A stretch of DNA of 64,000 nucleotides. Source: Nitrospira sp. GTDB taxonomy: Bacteria; Nitrospirota; Nitrospiria; Nitrospirales; Nitrospiraceae. The position numbers and the translations under genes were made by a program. The notes under the pieces were generated by a model. That model saw only the letters and a list, made by a program, of their open reading frames with translations. It had not been told where the DNA came from and made no database searches. This document shows positions 57,199 to 64,000 of the stretch, in pieces. The stretch spans positions 47,789 through 111,788 of the forward strand of contig JACOEH010000010.1 in NCBI GenBank assembly GCA_024998685.1, written 5' to 3'. Positions within the stretch are counted from its first letter, which is position 1, and each line of letters begins with the position of its first letter.

Positions 57199-60100
57199 AT
57201 GTGGCTGACTTTACTCGCATTGCGCAATCGCATCGGCATTCTGATGCTATCGCTCGCGATGGTGGTATTGGGGCTGACATCTCTCCAGCACTTGCCGGTT
57301 GATCTCTTCCCGCACATCCAGGTTCCTGTCGCCTTCGTCGGTGTCATTTACAAAGGAGCGCCTCCTCTCGACATCGAGCAGAGCGTCGTATATCCGATCG
57401 AAAAAGCCGTCAGTTCCGCTTCCAATGTCGAACATGTCGAATCATTCAGTAAACAAGGTCTCGGAGCCGTACAAATCTGGTTCAACTGGGGAGCCGACAT
57501 TAATGTCGGTCAAATGGAGGTGATGCAGCGCATCACGCAGATTTTGAATAGCCTCCCCCCAGGCATTCTACAGCCTTTTATCGTCAAGTTCGACGTCTCC
57601 AACATACCCGTTTCGATCGTTTCGGTATCGAGCGATAAGTTGGACGAGCGGGCGCTTTATGATATTGCCTACAACACGATCGCCCCTCAGATTGAGCAGA
57701 TCGCCAATGTTGCGGCGGCCACTGTCGAGGGGGGCAAGATCCGCCAGATCAATATCAACCTCGATCCTGCACTCCTCAGTGCCCGCGGGCTCTCCATTCT
57801 CGACGTCGTGAAATCCGTCAAAGCCTCTAATTTAATTCTCCCTTCGGGCAATATCAAAGCCGGTAACCTTGACTACAATGTATTTACAAACAACCAGTTT
57901 CGAGCGGTAGATCCGATCCAAGACGTGATCGTGAAGGTGAATCCGCAAGGCAACCCGGTCCGCGTTCGCGACATAGGGACCGTCACAGACTCTTCCGATA
58001 TTCAAACGAACATCGTTCACGCCGATGGGGCCAGGTCAGTGTTCCTTCGCGTGAATAAGCAACCGATCGCCAACACGGTCGAGGTCGTGGACACCCTGCG
58101 CGCAGCCCTTCCTAAGATGTTCGGTATCCCTGAAGGAGTAAAGCTCGGCATTTCGTTCGATCAGTCCCTCTATATCCGGCAATCCATCCATAATCTGATT
58201 GAGCAAGCCCTTCACGGTTCGCTATTGGCCGCGGCCGTGATTCTTATATTCTTGCGCAATCTCACGAGTACCATGATCATTTCCGTGGCCATTCCGCTTT
58301 CCATGCTCGTGACGTTTATCGTTCTCTATTTTACCGGTCAAACCCTTAACGTCTTCACGCTTGGCGGACTCGCCCTCGGGATTGGACGTCTGGTTGATGA
58401 CTCAATCGTGGAGCTGGAGAACATCCAACGCCATCTCAATGCCAATGCCAATCGATGGACCGGCATTCTGGACGCAGCCCGTGAAGTGGCGATGCCGATC
58501 TTAGCATCGACGGTCACGACGGTGGTGGTCTTCCTCCCGATGTTCTTCGTCGTCGGCGTCGCGCGTCTGTTGCTGATACCGTTGACCGTGACGATCGCGA
58601 TTGCGCTCTTCACTTCTTTCTTGGTTTCTCGCACGGTGACGCCTGCGCTCTGCTACAAATTCCTCAAGCCTGAGGAAGAAGTTCGGCGGACAATGCCGGA
58701 CTGGTTTATCAAATTCATGGAGTGGAGCCGTCGCCGCTATGAGTCTCTCGATAGAAGTTACGAAGACTCTTTACGGTGGGTCCTGGGACATCGCCGGATC
58801 TTTATCGCCTTGGTGCTGCTGCTCTTCGTCGGATCACTCACTTTGGTTCCGCTGATCGGGACGGAATTTCTGCCGGTTTCCGATGAGAGCCAGTTTCGCA
58901 TCGTCCTGCGGGCTCCGGTCGGTCAACGGGTCGAAAAGACCGAACAGCAGGTCTCGGAAGTCGAACGGGTACTCCGAGCCAATATTCCCTCGACTGAATT
59001 GGAGACGATCGTCTCCAGTACGGGTATCCTGTCGCAAGGTCGCTCGTCGCTCTTCAATCCCAACACAGGGCCCCATACGTCTTCAATTCAAGTGTACTTG
59101 GTCTCACCGGACAAGCGAAACAGAACTCAAGTGGAGATCATGAACGATGTGCGCCCTAAGGTCCTCAAACTGTTTCCGGGCGTCTCGATGTATTTCGATC
59201 CCGGAGGTCTCGTCAAACGCGTGACGAGCTTCGGCTCTCAAAAGGCCGTTGATGTGGAAATTTACGGCTATGACTTCGACAAAGCCAGAGATGTCATCGC
59301 CCGTGTCAAGGAAATTATGGAACAAACTCCCGGCCTGGCGGATATTGAACCGAGTCGGGAAGAAAACTATCCGGAGATCAATGTCACAGTCGATCGAGAG
59401 AAGGCGGCTCTGCTCGGCATCAGCGAGACCGACGTGGCCAACGCTGTCCTGTTTTCTCTGAACGGAAACGGCCAAACCGATCCCATTATCTATACAGATC
59501 CGGAAAGCGGCAATGAATACTTCATCAGCGCATGGCTCGCGGAGGAGCACCGAAAGAATCTCAGCGATGTGGAGAATCTTCTTCTCACCACCAAAGCCGG
59601 CGAACCTGTCTTACTGAAAAACGTGGCTTCCCTCAAGTTGAACGCGGGACCCGTCAAAGTTGATCGGAAGTATTTTCAGCGCGTGGTTCACATTACGGCC
59701 AATCCAACCACCCGGCCCCTCGGTGATATCGCCGAAGACCTTGAGTCTGCATTAGCCGCACTCCAGTTGCCGGCAGGCTTCAGCATCAAGTTGGCAGGGC
59801 AGATTCAGCAGCAGCGTGAAACCTTCCAAGGATTGCAGTTTGCGATCATCCTCGCGCTCGTATTGGTCTACATGGTCATGGCCGCACAATTTAAGTCGCT
59901 CATCGACCCTTTCATCATCATGTTTTCAGTGCCGATGGGCTTCCCTGGGGTCATTTTGATACTGTTTCTGACGAATACGACGTTGTCCACCACCTCGATG
60001 ATGGGCATCATCATGATGTTCGGGATTGTCGTCTCAAACGGAGTCCTGCTGGTCGATTACACCAATGTGCTGCGGCGCAGAGGCGAATCCCTTCACCGGG

Positions 60101-60339
60101 CAGTCGTGACCGCCGCGCGAACTAGACTGCGTCCTATTCTTATGACTTCACTGGCCACGGTCTTCGGCCTTCTTCCCATGGCGATCGGCCTTGGAACAGG
60201 CGGCGAAACCAATGCTCCCCTGGCACGAGCGGTCGTCGGAGGGTTGAGCGTCTCCACACTCCTCACGTTATTTCTCGTCCCAACGATGTACGTAATTTTA
60301 GAAGAACGGTTCCCGAGAAGACTTGACGTGGAAATATGA
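57199..60339 (+). CDS. RND efflux permease (AcrB/AcrD/AcrF superfamily)
   Basis: 1046 aa; LVDDSIVELENI, RLRPILMTS. Confidence 0.96.
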   Translation: MWLTLLALRNRIGILMLSLAMVVLGLTSLQHLPVDLFPHIQVPVAFVGVIYKGAPPLDIEQSVVYPIEKAVSSASNVEHVESFSKQGLGAVQIWFNWGADINVGQMEVMQRITQILNSLPPGILQPFIVKFDVSNIPVSIVSVSSDKLDERALYDIAYNTIAPQIEQIANVAAATVEGGKIRQININLDPALLSARGLSILDVVKSVKASNLILPSGNIKAGNLDYNVFTNNQFRAVDPIQDVIVKVNPQGNPVRVRDIGTVTDSSDIQTNIVHADGARSVFLRVNKQPIANTVEVVDTLRAALPKMFGIPEGVKLGISFDQSLYIRQSIHNLIEQALHGSLLAAAVILIFLRNLTSTMIISVAIPLSMLVTFIVLYFTGQTLNVFTLGGLALGIGRLVDDSIVELENIQRHLNANANRWTGILDAAREVAMPILASTVTTVVVFLPMFFVVGVARLLLIPLTVTIAIALFTSFLVSRTVTPALCYKFLKPEEEVRRTMPDWFIKFMEWSRRRYESLDRSYEDSLRWVLGHRRIFIALVLLLFVGSLTLVPLIGTEFLPVSDESQFRIVLRAPVGQRVEKTEQQVSEVERVLRANIPSTELETIVSSTGILSQGRSSLFNPNTGPHTSSIQVYLVSPDKRNRTQVEIMNDVRPKVLKLFPGVSMYFDPGGLVKRVTSFGSQKAVDVEIYGYDFDKARDVIARVKEIMEQTPGLADIEPSREENYPEINVTVDREKAALLGISETDVANAVLFSLNGNGQTDPIIYTDPESGNEYFISAWLAEEHRKNLSDVENLLLTTKAGEPVLLKNVASLKLNAGPVKVDRKYFQRVVHITANPTTRPLGDIAEDLESALAALQLPAGFSIKLAGQIQQQRETFQGLQFAIILALVLVYMVMAAQFKSLIDPFIIMFSVPMGFPGVILILFLTNTTLSTTSMMGIIMMFGIVVSNGVLLVDYTNVLRRRGESLHRAVVTAARTRLRPILMTSLATVFGLLPMAIGLGTGGETNAPLARAVVGGLSVSTLLTLFLVPTMYVILEERFPRRLDVEI

Positions 60340-60391
60340 GAGAACCAAGTTCGGTGGTGGCGTTCCGACCGGGCGTAGTGCCCGTTCAATG

Positions 60392-60730
60392 TTACCCTTC
60401 AACAATGTTTGGAAACAGGGATTTCAGCTGCATGGCCAACCCGATATCCCCGGTGACTTGCAGCCGCCCCGATATCGCCATCGTCATCCCGCTGACTTGA
60501 CCGTTAAGGATCCCGATACAGTCTTCTCCGCTCATCGATAGGATCACATGCGGATCGGCATGGGTTCCATCCTTCACAACACAGGTGCCGTTTTGCACCA
60601 GGAGATGGTACTGGCCGCCTTGGTTACCTCGAAGGTCGAACTGGTACACGGCATCAAGATCTTCAGCTGCATCTTTATCCAGTTTTGATGGGAGTGAGTC
60701 GAACACTTCTTTGACAGTCGTGGCTTTCAT
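60392..60730 (-). CDS. SCP2 sterol-binding domain protein
   Basis: AVYQFDL, GGQYHL, MAISGRLQVTGDIGLAMQL. Confidence 0.9.
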   Translation of the reverse strand: MKATTVKEVFDSLPSKLDKDAAEDLDAVYQFDLRGNQGGQYHLLVQNGTCVVKDGTHADPHVILSMSGEDCIGILNGQVSGMTMAISGRLQVTGDIGLAMQLKSLFPNIVEG

Positions 60731-60826
60731 GTCTAGACGATACCTACGGCATTGGATGGTTAAAGTATGCGGGGGCGCTCTACTCACCTAACGCCCCCGA
60801 AGCAAGATCACTGTGAGCAAAAAATT

Positions 60827-61267
60827 CTAGTACCGGAGTGTGGCGGTCGCAACACTACGACGGGCGCCGAAAAACTCCTTTGAAAACGACTCGACGACCG
60901 CGGGATCATACCCCTTGCAGCTGAAAATGTCGAGGTAAGCGTGATTGGTTTCATTGGCAAAATGGCCGCTGATCAATGAGGTTGAAATCAGCTGCACCAT
61001 CGAGTAACCGGCAACACGGCCTTCGCCGAAATCGACGACCTGGCATTCACCGTAGCGCTTCATGCCGATGAGCTTACAAAGCTCAACCACATAGCGTTTG
61101 ATATAATTCGCATCACGTATAAGAGCGGGATTGCAATCGTGGAGGTCAACAGCGGTGCAGAGTCCCCATGCCTTGCCGCTTCCCACCATGTCTTGCACAG
61201 GTGGGACAGCAGCCGCAGGGGCGTCGGATGGTAAGATCGCGGACTCGGAACTGGCCGAGATACTCAT
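60827..61267 (-). CDS. speD: Pyruvoyl-dependent S-adenosylmethionine decarboxylase proenzyme family
   Basis: DLHDC, GYS, ISTSLISGH, LDIFSC. Confidence 0.85.
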   Translation of the reverse strand: MSISASSESAILPSDAPAAAVPPVQDMVGSGKAWGLCTAVDLHDCNPALIRDANYIKRYVVELCKLIGMKRYGECQVVDFGEGRVAGYSMVQLISTSLISGHFANETNHAYLDIFSCKGYDPAVVESFSKEFFGARRSVATATLRY

Positions 61268-61405
61268 AGGGGGTTGATCCCTTTCTGTAAAAGGTTGTGT
61301 TGACGGGAACCATCACGCGTGAACTATACCATAAATTCTCCTGTTGCGAATGAGCGCCGTAAGGAATATTTTAGCTTTGAGAGTGGACACGCCGCCATCA
61401 ATCGA

Positions 61406-61434
61406 TTGACAAGGTCATGGAGCTCGGGAACAAT
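61406..61434 (+). promoter_or_regulatory. Putative promoter for a leaderless small ORF
   Basis: TTGACA, 17 bp, AACAAT; ATG at 61442. Confidence 0.5.
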
Positions 61435-61441
61435 ATGCCTC

Positions 61442-61621
61442 ATGTCATCCGTCTCTAACATGCTCCGGACCGAGTTACCCGATCGCCTTTGCACTTGGTG
61501 CAAGGTTCTCATGAGGAAGCGGCTGGTGGGCGGCAACCAGTTCATCCATTACACCTGTCCAAAATGCATCTTTCAGCACACTACCCGGCTGGGGCCGAAG
61601 CTTCAGCCACCAGCCCGATAA
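61442..61621 (+). CDS. Small zinc-ribbon protein (59 aa)
   Basis: CTWC-x18-CPKC. Confidence 0.65.
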   Translation: MSSVSNMLRTELPDRLCTWCKVLMRKRLVGGNQFIHYTCPKCIFQHTTRLGPKLQPPAR

Positions 61622-61651
61622 TCCCCAAGGGGTGGCCCGAAAATTACACTG

Positions 61652-62356
61652 CTAATAATATTTTTCTCTATAGATGGGGCATAGCCCCTTGGCCTGGATG
61701 GTTGCCGTTACTTCCTTGATCATGTCATTGTTGCCGCAGAGATAGGCTGCTAAATCGCGAGCTGATGTGACTTGTTCCTGGATGAGACCGTTCACTCGAC
61801 CTTTGGCTCCCGTCCAGGAAGGTCCGGGCCGAGACAGTGTGGTCACAAACGAAAACTGCCTGTGACGCTCCGTCAACGCTTGGAGCTCATCCTGGTAATA
61901 CAGATCATGCTCATACCTCAGCCCCCAAACCAGCGTTACCGACTGAGTGCTGCTCCGTTCGAGCTGCGTCAAGAGCATGGACCGAAACGGGGCAATTCCC
62001 GTCCCGGTCGCCACCAATAAGATCCGTTTGGTCGGATCCTCTCGTAAATAAAACGATCCGGCCGGCCCCTTAAAACTTACGGTATCGCCTTCGCGAAGGC
62101 TGAAGAGGTACGTCGACCCTGGCCCCCGCGGAACCAAATTAAAGAGCAGCAGCACCCGATCCGAGATGGAGGGAGGCGAGGCGATGGAATAGGGGCGTGT
62201 GATCGAATGTGGATGGCCTTCTTTAGGCACGTCAAACGAGATGAACTGACCGGCCTTGAACGCTATTTCCATAGATTCACGGAGCGTGAGCTCCAGCTCT
62301 CGTACGTCATGCGTCAAGTCCCTGATCCGACTCACCGTAGCCTGAAAGGTTTCCAT
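61652..62356 (-). CDS. FAD/NAD(P)-binding oxidoreductase (FNR-like)
   Basis: GQF, RPYSIAS, GPAGSF, ATGTGIAPF, YLCG. Confidence 0.92.
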   Translation of the reverse strand: METFQATVSRIRDLTHDVRELELTLRESMEIAFKAGQFISFDVPKEGHPHSITRPYSIASPPSISDRVLLLFNLVPRGPGSTYLFSLREGDTVSFKGPAGSFYLREDPTKRILLVATGTGIAPFRSMLLTQLERSSTQSVTLVWGLRYEHDLYYQDELQALTERHRQFSFVTTLSRPGPSWTGAKGRVNGLIQEQVTSARDLAAYLCGNNDMIKEVTATIQAKGLCPIYREKYY

Positions 62357-62584
62357 TACCGCCTCATCTCCTGCTCCGATTACCTATCGCCGTCACTCTA
62401 CCGTAAACAGTCTGCGTTGAAGAGCGGTCCTCCACAGCTTGGGCCCGGCTCTCCAACCTTTTTAGGAACTTGTGACGGCTACGTCGAGTCGGCGCTGGCA
62501 TCGACCACACAGGATCGGAAAGGGCTATGTTTAGATATAAGGACTGCGACCGAGGGCGGCCTGTAGTACGGTTGCCGGTAAGGC

Positions 62585-62914
62585 CTAGCCACGTGAGAAA
62601 CTGCTCTGAACATGATCGTCGAGAATATGGGTCAATCGTTCTCGATCATCAGAACTGATTGAAATTATTTTTGCGCCCAATTTAGGGGTACGCACGTAAA
62701 TGGCTTTCAACTCGCAGGTCAAGGACCTTCCACCCTTGAGTTCTATTCCGAGTTGGAGCACATCACCGCTCTTCACGAACAGACGGCTTTCTAGACGGAC
62801 CCCGGACTCGCTCACATCAAGCACTTTGCACGGCGCCGAGAGCGAGCCGCGCTGCAACCGACCGACACAGCCGACATCCACACGCGCGTGCTTACGCTTG
62901 AAACCCATGACCAA
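62585..62914 (-). CDS. PilZ domain protein
   Basis: RKHAR and DVSESG. Confidence 0.88.
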   Translation of the reverse strand: MVMGFKRKHARVDVGCVGRLQRGSLSAPCKVLDVSESGVRLESRLFVKSGDVLQLGIELKGGRSLTCELKAIYVRTPKLGAKIISISSDDRERLTHILDDHVQSSFSRG

Positions 62915-62973
62915 TCCTCCTATTCCGCATCATAACAAGAGGATGGATCATGCCGAAGCAATTACAGAAATGC

Positions 62974-63336
62974 CTAAAGCTTTCCGCCGACCAAGATTCT
63001 CACCTGTTCCATACGTTTGCGGTTGACGCCAAGATCGCTGTAGCCCATGCGGGAGGCAGAACGAAACTGAACTGTCTTGGCGGTTTCATCGAAGAGAAAC
63101 TCCACGTCATCGACGAAGCGGAGCAGCAGGCTGGTGAACTCATAGTGGAGATAGGACTCGTCCTCATCGACAAGCTTGGTCCGAGGCAATGTTGCAAGCG
63201 CCGACTTCAACGCCTCTTTCGCTTCCGCGCGAGACTTCTTGTACAGGAACGGCGCGATGGCATGGCTCTCATCGGTCGCCTGAGTCGAGACGCAGTTAGG
63301 ACTGGAAGAGCAAGGAGAAAGGGTCCGCTGACTCAT
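62974..63336 (-). CDS. DUF1499 domain protein
   Basis: PCSSSPNCVS, FVDDVEF, RSASRMGYSDLGVNRKR. Confidence 0.93.
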   Translation of the reverse strand: MSQRTLSPCSSSPNCVSTQATDESHAIAPFLYKKSRAEAKEALKSALATLPRTKLVDEDESYLHYEFTSLLLRFVDDVEFLFDETAKTVQFRSASRMGYSDLGVNRKRMEQVRILVGGKL

Positions 63337-63742
63337 TGGGCCCGCACTTTACTCGCTTCCATCACCGCCCGCAACCAGACCTCGGCAACCAGCACCGCAT
63401 GGGACGGAATAAGATCAGGAAGTCCTTTGTCTCGATAAGTCAAGTGAGGACTGATACGCACCTTCCGATAGCCGCCGGCTTTCATGCCGATCAACGCATG
63501 CTTCACACCAGCTATAGTTTGACGGCTGCCGAGTGCCGTCTTGTGATCAACGAATGTCTCTCCTTCCACAACTCGAATCATGTCCTTAGGAAGGTGTTCA
63601 GCCTGTTTTGAGTTCAACAGCACCTCATCATCCTTGTTCAAGAAGATTCTGCAGTTGTAGACGACACAGTCACCCTTCTGTGCCGGTTGCCTTCCCCTTC
63701 TCGCTCACCGAGAAGCTTGAGCCTGCTCAGACGTTTCATCAT
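63333..63742 (-). pseudogene. FKBP-type peptidyl-prolyl isomerase with a frameshift near 63687
   Basis: MMKRLSRLKLLGEREGEG then a 1-nt shift to PAQKGDCVVYNCRIFLN..GMKAGGYRKVRISPHLTY..IPSHAVL. Confidence 0.85.
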
Positions 63743-63748
63743 GCAGGG

Positions 63749-64000
63749 TTAATATGACACTGTCGTCAGCGTCGGTTGCGTTTCACTTTGGGCCTCAATC
63801 GTCACTGATACCCGTCCGATAATGCGCCCGTCTTGGGATTCGACATCGACCCGCCAATCGCCTGGATCAAGGCGCTGCTTGAAGCTATAGGCTCGATAGC
63901 CGCCCTCGCGCCCACCCGAAATCTTAAGGGGAATTCTATCCGCATGCATGAACGGTCTCTCGCTGTTCGGACGAAAGTACCAATGATGATAAATTGTCGT
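63749..64000 (-). CDS. DUF2914-domain protein C-terminus (5' truncated by window)
   Basis: IYHHW..RIPLKISGGREGGYRAYSFK..GDWRVDVES. Confidence 0.85.
   Translation of the reverse strand, partial: TTIYHHWYFRPNSERPFMHADRIPLKISGGREGGYRAYSFKQRLDPGDWRVDVESQDGRIIGRVSVTIEAQSETQPTLTTVSY

Noticed and set aside
61268-61316. SAM riboswitch or SD-sequestering hairpin in the speD leader
   Set aside because: Leader is about 50 nt with stems of only 4-6 bp; no match to SAM riboswitch consensus that I recall.

Overview
A 64 kb bacterial chromosome segment most consistent with a Nitrospira (Nitrospirota) genome. This is inferred from gene repertoire, stand-alone PilZ genes and repeat types, and was not verified by search. 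Layout: (1) 1-6165 is a decaying accessory region abutting the 3' end of ychF. It holds the end of a DnaE2-like polymerase, UdgX, three toxin-antitoxin loci (two with broken toxins), a low-GC exported protein, and isochorismatase and sterol-desaturase pseudogenes. (2) 6166-16000 holds core genes: ychF, pth, rplY, prs, ispE, pilR, pilS, pilC, pgsA. (3) 16400-38700 is a full dcw cluster extended by pgeF, yggS (frameshifted), proC, yggT and divIVA. It lacks mraZ but keeps a three-box MraZ-type operator. (4) 38800-45700 encodes exported proteins, yajQ, cstA, a GST and PilZ proteins. (5) 45660-53795 is a divergently arranged phosphonate (2-aminoethylphosphonate) lipid-type biosynthetic cluster. Its PEP mutase has a non-canonical active-site loop, EDNVYPKRCS instead of EDKxxxxxNS. 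(6) 53900-64000 holds PilZ genes, a TetR-MFP-RND efflux operon with a 21-bp perfect palindrome, SCP2, SpeD, a small zinc-ribbon ORF, an FNR-like oxidoreductase, DUF1499, a frameshifted FKBP and a DUF2914 gene end. Non-coding features include a 190-bp MITE-like element inside the dcw cluster and three intercistronic hairpin elements built from 7-bp repeats. I found no tRNA, rRNA or CRISPR array. The best candidate for an undescribed system is the phosphonolipid cluster with its atypical PepM.
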